Positions 20,414-31,491 of a stretch of DNA of 64,000 nucleotides are shown here, piece by piece; positions within the stretch are counted from its first letter, which is position 1, and every line of letters starts with the position of its first letter. Source of the DNA: Nostoc sp. DedSLP01 (lineage in GTDB: Bacteria; Cyanobacteriota; Cyanobacteriia; Cyanobacteriales; Nostocaceae); assembly GCA_034530875.2 (NCBI GenBank), contig JAVRCJ020000017.1:1-64000 (forward strand). The letters run 5' to 3'. Both the position numbers and the translations under genes were made by a program. A model generated the notes under the pieces. The model was not told the DNA's origin, searched no databases, and saw nothing but the letters and a program-made list of their open reading frames with translations.

Positions 20414-20758
20414 ATGAAAAAATTACTGTTGTGTTGTTGTGCAATGATTTTAGCAATGTGGGTTGCCATCAGCCCTGCACTCGCAGCGGATAGCAGCAAT
20501 ATATGTCAAGAGGAGGGATATTTCCCCAATCCTGAAGACTGTACCAAATTCATCCGCTGCGTAGATGATGAAGGGTCACTCGTACGATACAACTTTGACT
20601 GTGGGCCAGGCACTGTTTACGATACAGATTCACCACCTGGAACCTGTAACTCTCCTTGGGCGCTTAGTCCTAGTAATAAATGCCATAAAGACGAGATGAG
20701 CCTCCAACAGAAAGAAGCTGAATCCTTGTTTGCTCTGTCTTTCACTGAATGGTATTAA
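20414..20758 (+). CDS. Secreted protein with peritrophin-A/CBM14 (ChtBD2)-type chitin-binding domain
   Basis: Signal peptide ending PALA; six-Cys pattern C-x3-GYFPNPEDC-TKFIRC...C-GPGTVYD...C...C. Confidence 0.8.
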   Translation: MKKLLLCCCAMILAMWVAISPALAADSSNICQEEGYFPNPEDCTKFIRCVDDEGSLVRYNFDCGPGTVYDTDSPPGTCNSPWALSPSNKCHKDEMSLQQKEAESLFALSFTEWY

Positions 20759-20860
20759 ATACTGTTTTAAATTTGGTAACGTTGTGTTGAAGTTGCTGCT
20801 AATAGTTTCGCAATAAAATTATTTGGCAGGATGACAAGTATTTTGTAAAAACATTTCCCA

Positions 20861-20908
20861 CTAAGTGGGGATTAGGGAAGAATTTAATCCCTAGTCCCCA
20901 CTTCCTAG
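20861..20908. terminator. Hairpin between convergent genes (putative terminator)
   Basis: AAGTGGGGATTAGGGA...TCCCTAGTCCCCACTT inverted repeat just after the ilvD stop. Confidence 0.6.
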
Positions 20909-20909
20909 T

Positions 20910-22598
20910 TTAAAACAAATCTAAATCCGTCACAGCACCAACACTACTAGAAGATACTAACTTGGCATATTTCGCCAACACGCCTTTAGTGTAACGTGGT
21001 GCAGGAGGTTGCCAATTAGCACGACGGCGAGCTAATTCTTCATCGGAGATATTTAATTGTAATAAACGAGCAGGTGCATCAATGGTAATGCTATCGCCTT
21101 CTTCAACAAGAGCGATCGCACCTCCAACTGCTGCTTCTGGTGCAACGTGACCGACTACCATCCCGTAAGTACCACCTGAAAATCGCCCATCGGTAATTAA
21201 TCCCACGGCATCACCCAAGCCAGCACCAATAATTGCTGAGGTAGGAGCTAACATTTCCCGCATTCCAGGGCCACCTTTAGGCCCTTCGTAGCGAATTACC
21301 AAAATATCACCTGGTTGGATCTTACCCGCCAAAATTGCCTCTAAAGATGCTTCTTCTGATTCAAATACGCGTGCAGGCCCGGTAATGACTGGCTTTTTCA
21401 CCCCGGTAATTTTAGCTACAGCGCCTTCTGTTGCCAAATTTCCTTTGAGAATAGCTAAATGTCCTTGAGCATACATCGGATTATTCCAAGGACGAATCAC
21501 ATCTTGATTGGCTGCTGGTTCTTCTGGAATATCTTTTAATATCTCTGCAATGGTTTGACCGCTGATAGTCAAACAATCCCCATGTAATAAATCGTGCGCC
21601 AGAAGCATTTTCATCACTTGAGGGATGCCTCCAGCTTTGTGCAAGTCTGTAGCTACATACCTACCACTTGGTTTTAAATCGCACAAAACGGGGACGCGGG
21701 CGCGGATAGTTTCAAAGTCATCTAAAGTTAACTCTACCTCTGCGGCATGAGCGATCGCTAAGAAATGCAACACGGCATTTGTCGAACCACCCACGGCCAT
21801 GATTACAGAAAGCGCATTTTCAATGGATTTGCGGGTAATGATTTGTCGGGGTAAGATTTGTTTGCGAATAGCTTCGACTAACACAAATGCCGACTTTTCT
21901 GTACTGTCGGCTTTTTCGTCATCTTCTGCTGCCATTGTCGAGGAATAAGGCAAACTCATCCCCAACGCCTCGAAAGCCGAAGACATAGTATTAGCTGTGT
22001 ACATGCCTCCACAGGAACCGGCGCCAGGACAAGCGCGACTTTCAACTTCTAGTAATTCCTTTTCGTCAATTTTCCCAGCACTGTATTGACCGACAGCTTC
22101 AAAAGAACTGACAACAGTTAAATCGCGTCCGTTGTAGTGACCGGGTTTAATGGTGCCACCGTAAACAAAAATAGCTGGAATATTCATCCGCGCCATCGCC
22201 AGCATTGCTCCTGGCATATTTTTATCGCAACCACCAATGGCCAACACCCCATCCATACTTTGTCCGCTACAAGCAGTTTCAATGGAGTCAGCAATTACTT
22301 CCCGCGACACGAGGGAATATTTCATCCCTTCTGTTCCCATCGAAATGCCATCGCTAATGGTAATCGTACCGAACAATTGCGGCATCGCCCCGGCAGCTTT
22401 AATCCCTACTTCTGCTCTTTGGGCTAATTTATTGATTCCCATGTTACAGGGAGTGATTGTACTGTAGCCATTGGCAATGCCCACAATGGCTTTGCTGAAA
22501 TCTTCATCTTTAAAACCAACCGCACGTAGCATAGCTCGATTTGGCGATCGCTGCACCCCTTGGGTAACAATTTGGCTTCTCAAATTCTCCTTAGTCAT
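20910..22598 (-). CDS. ilvD: Dihydroxy-acid dehydratase
   Basis: [36 protein letters not shown] and TDGRFSGG motifs. Confidence 0.98.
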   Translation of the reverse strand: MTKENLRSQIVTQGVQRSPNRAMLRAVGFKDEDFSKAIVGIANGYSTITPCNMGINKLAQRAEVGIKAAGAMPQLFGTITISDGISMGTEGMKYSLVSREVIADSIETACSGQSMDGVLAIGGCDKNMPGAMLAMARMNIPAIFVYGGTIKPGHYNGRDLTVVSSFEAVGQYSAGKIDEKELLEVESRACPGAGSCGGMYTANTMSSAFEALGMSLPYSSTMAAEDDEKADSTEKSAFVLVEAIRKQILPRQIITRKSIENALSVIMAVGGSTNAVLHFLAIAHAAEVELTLDDFETIRARVPVLCDLKPSGRYVATDLHKAGGIPQVMKMLLAHDLLHGDCLTISGQTIAEILKDIPEEPAANQDVIRPWNNPMYAQGHLAILKGNLATEGAVAKITGVKKPVITGPARVFESEEASLEAILAGKIQPGDILVIRYEGPKGGPGMREMLAPTSAIIGAGLGDAVGLITDGRFSGGTYGMVVGHVAPEAAVGGAIALVEEGDSITIDAPARLLQLNISDEELARRRANWQPPAPRYTKGVLAKYAKLVSSSSVGAVTDLDLF

Positions 22599-23019
22599 AT
22601 CACTTGAATATCCTGGAGTATATTTTTCCGACGTAGTTACATCATCCTATGACATCGATGTATGAGTATCATAAGTAGCAATTTTTCCCATGTCCAATAT
22701 ATATTTGTGAATATTTGAGACTTATAAAATATCAAAAATATAAAACTGCCACACCTGCACCACTTCATTGCTTCTCTAATTAACACTGGTATTGAACAAG
22801 TCATCAGCTTGTTACCAGACTCATACTGCAAGCTATCATGATTCAAGTTACAAGTTACCCAACAAGCGATCGCTGATTGTGAGTCCTACAAATGCGAACA
22901 TAGGACAGGGTTTAGCAATGCTAAACCCCAGCCTTATTTTTCAGCCACAAAAACTAATTGCAAAAGAGGCTAGCCTTTTGCAAATTTGTATGCTATATTC
23001 GTAAATGACTAAAAAACAT

Positions 23020-23093
23020 GGCTCAGTAGCTCAGTTGGTTAGAGCACGGGACTCATAAGCCTGGGGTCGTTGGTTCAAATCCGACCTGAGCCA
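23020..23093 (+). tRNA. tRNA-Met (CAT), probably elongator; CCA not encoded
   Basis: Acceptor stem GGCTCAG/CTGAGCC plus A, D-arm AGCTCAGTTGGTTAGAGC, anticodon loop CTCATAA, T-loop GGTTCAAATCC. Confidence 0.93.
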
Positions 23094-23285
23094 TTTTAAA
23101 AAATTATCAAGATAACCCTAGTACCAAAGACTTGAGCTTCTAAAAATCAATGGCACTATAAATTTGCAATACCTAATATCAAGCTGTTATTCCTTCAGAT
23201 AACTATGGTCTGCCAGCAGTATGGGGAGACAAGGAGATAAATTACAATAAATCCGCCTTGTTCTCTTCCCATACCCTGACTAGTA

Positions 23286-25484
23286 CTATTTAATATGTCG
23301 AATTACTTCGGCAACTGACCAAGCTTGAGCGATCGCTCCTCTGGGTGTATGAGGTGGATCGCCATCAAAAATCTCGGAAATAGAACCAATACAAGCAGCA
23401 TATAAAAAGTGATCTAACAGTGGTTGCCAATCAAAAGGTACTGCTTTTTGTGGATAAAAACGTTGCCAAGCCCTAATATACGGGCCAATTAGCCAAGCCC
23501 AAACACTGCCTTGGTGATAAGCGCGATCGCGTTGCTCTTGGTTACCCTCATATTTTCCTTTGTATTCTGGATCTCCGGGATCGAGACTGCGAAGACCGTA
23601 GGGAGTAAGCAAGCTCGTAGTTGCCAAATCTAATATCTGGCATCCTTGCTGTTGAGAAAACCCACAATGTTGTAGAGACAGCGCTACAACAGCATTGGGA
23701 CGAATTTGAAAATTTCGGCGATCGTCAGGCTCAATAGTATCGTAAAGATAACCTAACTGAGGATTCCAGAACTTTTGTAGGGAAGTTTTCACCTGTTGTG
23801 CTTGGCGAGCATAACGTTGGCCTTGTTTAGTCAGACGCACCGGATCGCCAAACTCAAGTTGACTCAGGCGCTCTGCCCACTGATTTAGCCAACATAAAGC
23901 AGAATACCACAAGGCATTGATTTCTACTGGTTTACCACGACGAGGAGTAACGGGGTGTCCCCCACTTACTACATCCATCCAAGTTAGGGCTACACCACGA
24001 GCATCCCAACCAATTAGCCCATCAGTAGCATCAGCCTGAATGTTATACCGCGTACCACCGACAAAGGCTTTATGAATTTGCTGCACTACAGGAAACTGCT
24101 CTGTCAAAAACTGCCAGTCTTGTGTAGCTTCCAAATAAAGCCCTAAAGTTTCAATCCACCAAAGAGGCGCATCAATACTGTTATAAAAAGCTTCCTTATC
24201 AACATCAGGAAAAGCATTAGGAATCAAACCGTGCCGACAATAGTGGCCAAAAGCTGCCAATAGTTTTTTTGCTAGCTCGAAGCGCTGCGGAACTAGCATC
24301 AATCCTGGTAAGGCAATTAATGTATCCCGCGCCCAATCATTAAACCAGTGATAACCTGCAATCACCGTAGGGCCTGGAATTGAGGCTCGATAGACAATAA
24401 AGCGATCGCTCGCTTTAAGTAGTTGTCGCCAAATTGGAAATTGGGCATTGGGCATTGGGCATTGGTTATCCCCTCCTTGCTCCCCCTCTGTCCCTCTGCT
24501 CCCCACTTCTCCAAACCCCATGCCCATCTCCCCATTCCATCCAAAAATCTGAGAGAGCCTTTCTTGTTCTGTTTCTACGGCCTCTGCAAAAGTTTCGGAG
24601 GTGAGAGAGCCTAGCATCGGGTTAGGAAAACCTACTCGTGCTTCTAGAGTCACTGCATCTCCTGGTTGGAGTGTAACTGTTAAGTAGCCAGGGCTATGGA
24701 GGTCTTCTTTGTCACTTAATCCGCGTTTTGTCTCCTCGGAGAATCGATAGTTCCAATACCAAACTGCATCTGGTTGATAATTTCCTTGTGTCCAGCGTAA
24801 ATGCCAAGGTATACCAAAGCGATCGGCTTTTCTTGCTTGCAGACAGACTTCCTGTTTTCCTAGCAATTGGGAAAACTGTAATTCTGGGCTAGCAGTTTGC
24901 TGGTGATGAAAGTCACGTTCTGCTATCAGCAGCCGTAGCCGTAAAATCCCTGTGTCTGTTCCGTCGTAGCGATACTGGATTAAAATCCGATGAGAAAGGG
25001 CATTGGGCATTGGGCATTGGGCATAAGGCAAGCAGGGAGTGTGGGGAGAAAGAGAATTTATGCTTCCTTTTCCCACACCTCCCTCTCCTCCCACACCTCC
25101 CACACCTCCCACACCTCTCGATCTCCCCATCTCCCTACTCCCTTCCCAACCATAAGGCATCACCAATTGTCTAGTTAACTGCCAGTTATCTTGACCCCAA
25201 ATCCATTTTGGAACTGGGTTAATATCAAAAGAGCGCAACATTTCGTAGCCCGCACGTTCAATCTGAGCGTTACCCCAAATATTTGTTCCCAGTGCCACAA
25301 CGCTCCCTGATACTTCCAAGCTAGCTTCTAGGTGCGATAACAATAAAGTACGATCGCTTGGGGGGTTTGTAGCAGCAAACAGCCAACCGTGATAACTGCG
25401 CGTGCGGATATCAGAAATCGTGCCACTGGCAAAACTTCCTAAACCATTAGTGAGCAACCATTCTCTTGTATCTAAATCAGGCAT
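23286..25484 (-). CDS. Amylo-alpha-1,6-glucosidase (glycogen debranching enzyme)
   Basis: REWLLTNGLGSFASGT, IAGYHWFNDWARD, LTWMD and AQAWSVAE motifs; two in-frame repeat-derived inserts. Confidence 0.92.
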   Translation of the reverse strand: MPDLDTREWLLTNGLGSFASGTISDIRTRSYHGWLFAATNPPSDRTLLLSHLEASLEVSGSVVALGTNIWGNAQIERAGYEMLRSFDINPVPKWIWGQDNWQLTRQLVMPYGWEGSREMGRSRGVGGVGGVGGEGGVGKGSINSLSPHTPCLPYAQCPMPNALSHRILIQYRYDGTDTGILRLRLLIAERDFHHQQTASPELQFSQLLGKQEVCLQARKADRFGIPWHLRWTQGNYQPDAVWYWNYRFSEETKRGLSDKEDLHSPGYLTVTLQPGDAVTLEARVGFPNPMLGSLTSETFAEAVETEQERLSQIFGWNGEMGMGFGEVGSRGTEGEQGGDNQCPMPNAQFPIWRQLLKASDRFIVYRASIPGPTVIAGYHWFNDWARDTLIALPGLMLVPQRFELAKKLLAAFGHYCRHGLIPNAFPDVDKEAFYNSIDAPLWWIETLGLYLEATQDWQFLTEQFPVVQQIHKAFVGGTRYNIQADATDGLIGWDARGVALTWMDVVSGGHPVTPRRGKPVEINALWYSALCWLNQWAERLSQLEFGDPVRLTKQGQRYARQAQQVKTSLQKFWNPQLGYLYDTIEPDDRRNFQIRPNAVVALSLQHCGFSQQQGCQILDLATTSLLTPYGLRSLDPGDPEYKGKYEGNQEQRDRAYHQGSVWAWLIGPYIRAWQRFYPQKAVPFDWQPLLDHFLYAACIGSISEIFDGDPPHTPRGAIAQAWSVAEVIRHIK

Positions 25485-25614
25485 TGCTACTCAAAATCGT
25501 TATGAGTATGATATAGTTGTAACAGATCGTAATTAAACTGTGAGAGCGTGGATGGGTGAGTTAGAGCTAACCCAAATTCCAACGCTAATAAACCGATAAA
25601 GGAGAATTAAGTTA

Positions 25615-26226
25615 ATGTCACTGACTTACGGAACAGAAGGAAGCCTCCGCGTTGGTCAACAAGCTCCCGATTTCACAGCAACAGCTGTGGTAGACCAGGA
25701 ATTTAAGACAATCAAACTTTCCGATTATCGCGGTAAGTATGTAGTCCTGTTTTTCTACCCCCTAGACTTTACCTTTGTTTGTCCGACTGAGATCACAGCA
25801 TTTAGCGATCGCTACGAAGAATTCAAGAAAATTAATACGGAGATCCTTGGGGTTTCCGTTGATAGTGAATTCTCGCACCTCGCTTGGATTCAAACCGATC
25901 GTAAGTCTGGTGGCGTCGGCGACTTGAATTATCCTTTAGTCTCTGACATCAAGAAAGAAATTAGCGCCGCTTACAACGTCCTCGACCCAGCAGCGGGCAT
26001 TGCCTTGCGTGGTCTGTTCATCATCGACAAAGATGGTATCATACAGCACGCCACAATTAACAACTTAGCTTTTGGTCGCAGCGTTGATGAAACTCTGCGG
26101 ACATTGCAAGCAATTCAGTACGTTCAATCTCACCCCGATGAAGTGTGCCCAGCTGGTTGGCAACCTGGTGACAAAACAATGAATCCAGACCCAGTGAAGT
26201 CCAAAGTTTACTTCTCTGCTGTCTAG
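25615..26226 (+). CDS. 2-Cys peroxiredoxin (AhpC/TSA)
   Basis: [13 protein letters not shown] and EVCPAGW motifs. Confidence 0.96.
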   Translation: MSLTYGTEGSLRVGQQAPDFTATAVVDQEFKTIKLSDYRGKYVVLFFYPLDFTFVCPTEITAFSDRYEEFKKINTEILGVSVDSEFSHLAWIQTDRKSGGVGDLNYPLVSDIKKEISAAYNVLDPAAGIALRGLFIIDKDGIIQHATINNLAFGRSVDETLRTLQAIQYVQSHPDEVCPAGWQPGDKTMNPDPVKSKVYFSAV

Positions 26227-26481
26227 ATTTAAGTTTGCTGGCTGAAGCTAATTCGCCAATTAATAACCACAGATAAACAAAAGATCTATCTGTGGTTTTC
26301 TCATGAAAAAGGGGCTGGGGACTGGGGACTGATGACTGGGGAGGTAGGGAAAAAGGGAAAAGGAAAAGGAAAAGGAATAAATTTAATCTTTCCCCTTTCC
26401 CCCTTACCCCTTTCCGCATTCCAATGCCCTATGCCCCATGCCCAATGCCCGATACCCAACAATTTAAATAATCTAAAAAAT

Positions 26482-27021
26482 ATGCTGACTTCAACAGATT
26501 TTAGTGGCTTATTAAATGAGCGATTCTTTCGCAACTTTTTACCAGTTCCAGCTACAAATCAACTTAGGCTAGGAGTGGGAACGCCAGATTTTCAACTACC
26601 AGATATTACCAACGGTACTTTAGTCAAATTGTCTGATTATAGAGGTAAGCAACCTGTGTTACTTGCCTTTACTCGCATCTTTACGGAAAAACAATATTGC
26701 CCTCTTTGTTTTCCTCACATCAAAGCTTTGAATAAGAATTACGAAGAATTTAAAAATCGTGGAATAGAAGTTTTGATGATTACTAGTACTGATGAACGGC
26801 AAAGCCAAATAGTAGTGAGAGATTTAGGTTTAAAAATGCCGTTACTGAGCGATCCTAGTTGTCGGGTGTTCCGTACCTATCAAGTAGGACAAGCTTTAGG
26901 AGCGCCTTTGCCAGCACAGTTTGTATTAGATAAAGAAGGGAAACTTCGATATTGGCATTTGTTTTCTTTCTTAGACCATAATGCTAGTGTTGAGACACTT
27001 TTAGAACAATTCATTGATTAG
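26482..27021 (+). CDS. AhpC/TSA-family peroxiredoxin-like protein
   Basis: PDFQLPD and YCPLC motifs; start set at ATG 26482 because the upstream extension is repeat DNA. Confidence 0.85.
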   Translation: MLTSTDFSGLLNERFFRNFLPVPATNQLRLGVGTPDFQLPDITNGTLVKLSDYRGKQPVLLAFTRIFTEKQYCPLCFPHIKALNKNYEEFKNRGIEVLMITSTDERQSQIVVRDLGLKMPLLSDPSCRVFRTYQVGQALGAPLPAQFVLDKEGKLRYWHLFSFLDHNASVETLLEQFID

Positions 27022-27269
27022 TAACAGGGCATCGGGCATTGGGCATGGGGAAAGGGGTAAGGGGTAAGGGGAAAAGGGGAAAGATTAGATTTATTCCTTT
27101 TCCCTTTAACCTTTTCCCCTGCCTCAATAGCCTCCCATACCCTATACCCAATACAGATGCACCTTGTGGAAGTTCCTCAAATATCAATATCCGTAGGAGA
27201 CTAGAGAAAGAATAAGAGAATATATCTAATAGATTTTCAAGCAGCAAAAGCTGGAATTAAGGAGGATTT

Positions 27270-29798
27270 ATGCGTGCAGTACTGATGGCGGGGGGTTCGG
27301 GAACGCGGCTTCGTCCGTTAACTTGCGATCTGCCCAAACCGATGGTGCCTATCCTCAATCGACCAATTGCCGAACATATTATCAATCTCCTCAAAAGACA
27401 TCAAATTACAGAAGTTATTGCGACTTTGCATTATTTACCCGATGTTTTGCGAGACTATTTTCAAGATGGCAGCGATTTTGGCGTGCAAATGACCTACGCT
27501 GTGGAAGAAGACCAGCCTCTAGGTACAGCCGGTTGTGTAAAAAACATTGCCGAACTTCTTGATGAAACTTTTTTAGTGATCAGTGGCGATAGCATAACAG
27601 ATTTTGATTTGACGGCAGCGATCGCATTTCACAAACAAAGAAAATCAAAAGCTACTTTGATTTTGACTAGAGTTCCCAACCCCATTGAATTTGGGGTGGT
27701 GATTACCGATGAAGAACAACGAATTCGGCGATTTTTAGAAAAACCCTCTACTAGTGAAATTTTTTCCGATACCGTCAACACTGGTACTTATATTCTCGAA
27801 CCGGAAGTTTTGGAATATCTGCCAGCCAATACTGAATCCGACTTTTCCAAAGACTTATTCCCCTTACTTTTAGCAAAAGATGAACCAATGTATGGTTACA
27901 TTGCTGAAGGTTACTGGTGCGATGTCGGTCACTTAGATGCTTATCGGGAAGCTCAGTACGATGCATTAGACCAGAAAGTAAAACTAGATTTCGCCTACAA
28001 AGAAATTTCTCATCAATTGTGGGTCGGTCAAAATACTTATATCGACCAAACGGCTGTAATTGAAACTCCGGCGGTGATTGGCGATAACTGCCGCATTGGA
28101 GCAAGAGTGCAAATTGAGGCAGGAACGGTAATTGGCGATAATGTCACTATTGGTGCTGATGCTAATCTCAAACGTCCCATTGTCTGGAATGGAGCATTCA
28201 TCGGCGAGGAAGCACATCTTTCTGCCTGTGTAATTTCCCGCGGCACTCGTGTAGACCGTCGATCCCATGTATTAGAAGCTGCTGTTGTTGGTTCGCTTTC
28301 TACGGTGGGAGAAGAAGCTCAAATTAGCCCTGGGGTGCGTGTTTGGCCGAGTAAAAAAATTGAGTCTGGTGCTGTTTTAAACATCAACTTGATTTGGGGA
28401 AATATTGCCCAACGAAATTTATTTGGGCAACGTGGCGTTCAAGGGTTAGCGAATATTGACATCACCCCAGAATTTGCGGTGAAGTTAGGAGCTGCTTACG
28501 GTTCTACCTTGAAACCTGGTTCTAAGGTAACGGTTTCCCGCGACCAGCGTAATATTTCGCGAATGGTGACGCGATCGCTCATTGCTGGTTTGATGTCAGT
28601 AGGTGTTGATATTCAAAACCTCGATGCGACAGCTATCCCCATCGCCCGCACTGTTATACCAATCATGGGGGTAGTCGGTGGTATCCACGTGCGCGTACAC
28701 CCCGATCGCCCCGACTACATTTTGATTGAGTTCATGGATGCTAAGGGGATTAATATCTCCAAAGCCTTGGAAAAGAAAATTGAAGGGGCTTACTTTAAGG
28801 AAGATATGCGTCGGGCGCTAATTCATGAAATTGGCGATGTCTCTTACCCCAGCCAAGTCATTGACAGCTACTGCACTGCTTTTGAAAAACTTTTGCACGT
28901 GCATACACTCCGCAATAGTCGGGCAAAAGTGGTGATTGATTATGTTTATGCGGTATCTGGGGCAGTTTTACCCCAAATGTTAGATAAATTTGGCGCTGAT
29001 GCTGTGGTATTGAACGCCAGCGTCAATAAAACTGCTATGTCAGTAACTGACCGCGAAGGATTGCTAACTCAATTGGGTCATGTGGTGGAAGCGCTAAAAG
29101 CTAACTTTGGCGTCCAAGTCTCGGCTAACGGAGAACAGCTGATTTTAGTTGATGAATCAGGCTACCCAATTCGTGGGGAAATGTTAACAGCGCTGATGGT
29201 AGACATGATTTTAACTGCTAACCCCAGAGGTACGGTAGTAGTCCCAGTTCATGCTTCTAGCGCCATCGAACAAGTCGCCCGTCGTCATGATGGCAGAGTG
29301 ATTCGCACCAAAGCCAACCCTACCGCTTTGATGGAAGCTTGTCAGAAAAATCCCAATGTGGTGCTAGGAGGTAGTGGAGAAACTGGTTTTATTTTCCCGC
29401 AATTGCATCCTGGATTTGATTCTATGTTCTGCATTGCCAAGATCATTGAGATGCTGACCATACAGGAGCGATCTCTTGCTACAGCGCGATCGGAATTGCC
29501 CCGCGTAATTCACAAAACTTATACAATCCGCTGCCCTTGGACAGCCAAAGGTGCTTTAATGCGCTACTTGGTGGAAACTCACCCAGCCCAAAATCTAGAA
29601 CTCATTGATGGCGTGAAAATTTGCCAACCCTACGATGACAGTTGGCTGTTAGTTTTACCAGATGCCAGCGAACCACTCGTACATTTGTACGCAAACAGTA
29701 ACGATCGCGATTGGGTCGATGAAACCGTCAGAAACTACCGCACCCGTGTTCAAGCTTTTATCGAAAGACAACAAGAATATCAACCCGCCGAAGTGTAA
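27270..29798 (+). CDS. Mannose-1-phosphate guanylyltransferase / phosphomannomutase-like fusion
   Basis: [12 protein letters not shown]...PKP NTP-transferase motif, hexapeptide repeats, PGM/PMM-like C-terminal half. Confidence 0.93.
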   Translation: MRAVLMAGGSGTRLRPLTCDLPKPMVPILNRPIAEHIINLLKRHQITEVIATLHYLPDVLRDYFQDGSDFGVQMTYAVEEDQPLGTAGCVKNIAELLDETFLVISGDSITDFDLTAAIAFHKQRKSKATLILTRVPNPIEFGVVITDEEQRIRRFLEKPSTSEIFSDTVNTGTYILEPEVLEYLPANTESDFSKDLFPLLLAKDEPMYGYIAEGYWCDVGHLDAYREAQYDALDQKVKLDFAYKEISHQLWVGQNTYIDQTAVIETPAVIGDNCRIGARVQIEAGTVIGDNVTIGADANLKRPIVWNGAFIGEEAHLSACVISRGTRVDRRSHVLEAAVVGSLSTVGEEAQISPGVRVWPSKKIESGAVLNINLIWGNIAQRNLFGQRGVQGLANIDITPEFAVKLGAAYGSTLKPGSKVTVSRDQRNISRMVTRSLIAGLMSVGVDIQNLDATAIPIARTVIPIMGVVGGIHVRVHPDRPDYILIEFMDAKGINISKALEKKIEGAYFKEDMRRALIHEIGDVSYPSQVIDSYCTAFEKLLHVHTLRNSRAKVVIDYVYAVSGAVLPQMLDKFGADAVVLNASVNKTAMSVTDREGLLTQLGHVVEALKANFGVQVSANGEQLILVDESGYPIRGEMLTALMVDMILTANPRGTVVVPVHASSAIEQVARRHDGRVIRTKANPTALMEACQKNPNVVLGGSGETGFIFPQLHPGFDSMFCIAKIIEMLTIQERSLATARSELPRVIHKTYTIRCPWTAKGALMRYLVETHPAQNLELIDGVKICQPYDDSWLLVLPDASEPLVHLYANSNDRDWVDETVRNYRTRVQAFIERQQEYQPAEV

Positions 29799-29857
29799 TT
29801 CGTAATTGCTAATTCGTAATTCGTAATTGAATTCTTTAATTACGAATTACGAATTAT
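29795..29857. repeat. Inverted arrangement of (TTCGTAA)n heptamers, possible bidirectional terminator
   Basis: AATTCGT units face ACGAATT units between convergent genes; the same unit occurs at 2936-2960 and 35108-35190. Confidence 0.7.
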
Positions 29858-30159
29858 TATCGGGGGCATTCTGGTAAATTTTTCTTGGCGTAATTGCAAT
29901 CAAAATAAATTAGAGCTTCCCTACTAGAATCGAATCCTCTAGTTGTGGTGTATGGGCTACTTGTTGGACTTGCTTGAACTGACCAAATTTTTAAGTAGTA
30001 ATTGCTATTATCATCGGTAGACCATAATTCATAGCGGTAATCACCTCCTGAACCCTGACTCTTTAAATAGTCAGCTAGTGCTGTATTTGATGCAGACACG
30101 AAGGTAAATCCACTCAAAACAGGAATGACAGCAATTTTCAGTATTTGGATTAATTTCAT
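29857..30159 (-). CDS. Hypothetical secreted protein
   Basis: Signal peptide ending TALA; two C-terminal Cys. Confidence 0.75.
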   Translation of the reverse strand: MKLIQILKIAVIPVLSGFTFVSASNTALADYLKSQGSGGDYRYELWSTDDNSNYYLKIWSVQASPTSSPYTTTRGFDSSREALIYFDCNYAKKNLPECPR

Positions 30160-30766
30160 ATATCGGTAAAAAACTAACTTTATCTAGCTTTATTTACCGT
30201 TGTATATTTTTACATCAGTAATTATGAGGATGTTCTCTAAGGATATCGTAAGATGCTGATTCAAAAGATCTTTTGGCATCAAAGAGAATTTCCGTTTTAT
30301 TCTAACTATGCTCTTGCAGAGTCCAGTATTCACTCCTAAAATAAAGTACGGCAAACCTACTAATTTATCGTACTTTATTAGTCAAAGGAGATGATTGCAA
30401 AACTGCCCCGGAAATCAAGTCTCATATCGCAGCCTAATTTTGAAGTTGTTTGCTGAAACACTTTACGAAAATTTACATTTATTAGATGAAAAAACTTGTC
30501 AATAAGTCTGGTAGGATATCCTCAAGCTTATTGATATAGATATTCATTAAGCTGCTTATAGATTTCAGCTAGTTGCAAACTTTATCAGGAGATAAGACTA
30601 TGGCGTAGTTGCTCAAACACCAAAGCCGATGCCGAAGGGGCGACATCTCAGTAAAGCCCTTGGGCGTTGATGTTGCTCTTGATGGGTGATTGTCTCATAG
30701 AGCAATAATCTTAGTAGCTCATTTGATAAGTTTGGGATTTGATGTTGACGACATTTAGATTTCAGA

Positions 30767-30790
30767 AATTGAGAATTTTTCTCTTAAATA
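30767..30790 (+). promoter_or_regulatory. Possible Fur box upstream of flavodoxin
   Basis: AT-rich imperfect palindrome AATTGAGAATTTTTCTCTTAAA. Flavodoxin/isiB is known to be iron-regulated. Confidence 0.35.
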
Positions 30791-30911
30791 TTTCTACGAA
30801 TCTAGCTGTCGCAATTATTTTCCAAATTGGCATTAGCTATGTTTGCGTAAATTATTGGCTTCCCACAGCATCTTTGAAAGAAAATCGCAAAACTTTATAT
30901 CAGGTGTCAAC

Positions 30912-31424
30912 ATGTCAAAAAAAATAGGTCTGTTCTACGGTACTCAAACCGGTAACACTGAATCTGTTGCCGAACAAATTCGAGATGAGTTTGGTGGTGA
31001 TGTTGTAACATTACATCCAATTTACGAAGCAGATGCTTCTACTTTTGATGAGTACGAATTGCTGATTATTGGCTCTCCCACTTGGGATATCGGTCAACTT
31101 CAAAGCGATTGGGACAGCTTTTTCCCAGATCTTGATGAGATTGATTTTAATGGGAAGCTGGTTGCCTATTTTGGTGATGGAGACCAATATGGCTATGCAG
31201 ATAACTTTCAAGATGCGATCGGAATTCTAGAAGAAAAAATTTCCCAACGGGGTGGTAAAACTGTTGGCTACTGGCCGACAGATGGCTATGACTTTAACGA
31301 ATCTAAGGCTTTGAAAAACGGCAAGTTTGTCGGCTTGGCACTTGATACAGGTAGCCAATCCGATTTAACAGACGAGCGAATTAAAAATTGGGTTGCTCAA
31401 TTAAAAACAGAATTTGGTTTGTAG
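30912..31424 (+). CDS. isiB: Flavodoxin (long chain)
   Basis: IGLFYGTQTGNT, GSPTWDIG, YADNFQDA and KFVGLALD motifs; start ATG 30912. Confidence 0.93.
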   Translation: MSKKIGLFYGTQTGNTESVAEQIRDEFGGDVVTLHPIYEADASTFDEYELLIIGSPTWDIGQLQSDWDSFFPDLDEIDFNGKLVAYFGDGDQYGYADNFQDAIGILEEKISQRGGKTVGYWPTDGYDFNESKALKNGKFVGLALDTGSQSDLTDERIKNWVAQLKTEFGL

Positions 31425-31491
31425 AAAGTAGAGGCGTACAGCTAGCTGTGCGCCCCTAGTGAAATTGATAATTTAGAAGCTATAGGTATTT

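Noticed and set aside
22637..23004. Short ORFs upstream of ilvD (possible leader peptide)
   Set aside because: No Ile/Leu/Val-rich leader or attenuator structure recognised.
23020..23285. tRNA as an integration site for an island
   Set aside because: No integrase and no duplicated tRNA 3' end seen; the flanking genes are housekeeping.
26057..26534. ORFs 26057-26419 and 26301-26534, and the N-terminal extension of 26332-27021
   Set aside because: They translate repeat DNA (CPMPHAQCP, GKGKG) or lie antisense to real genes.
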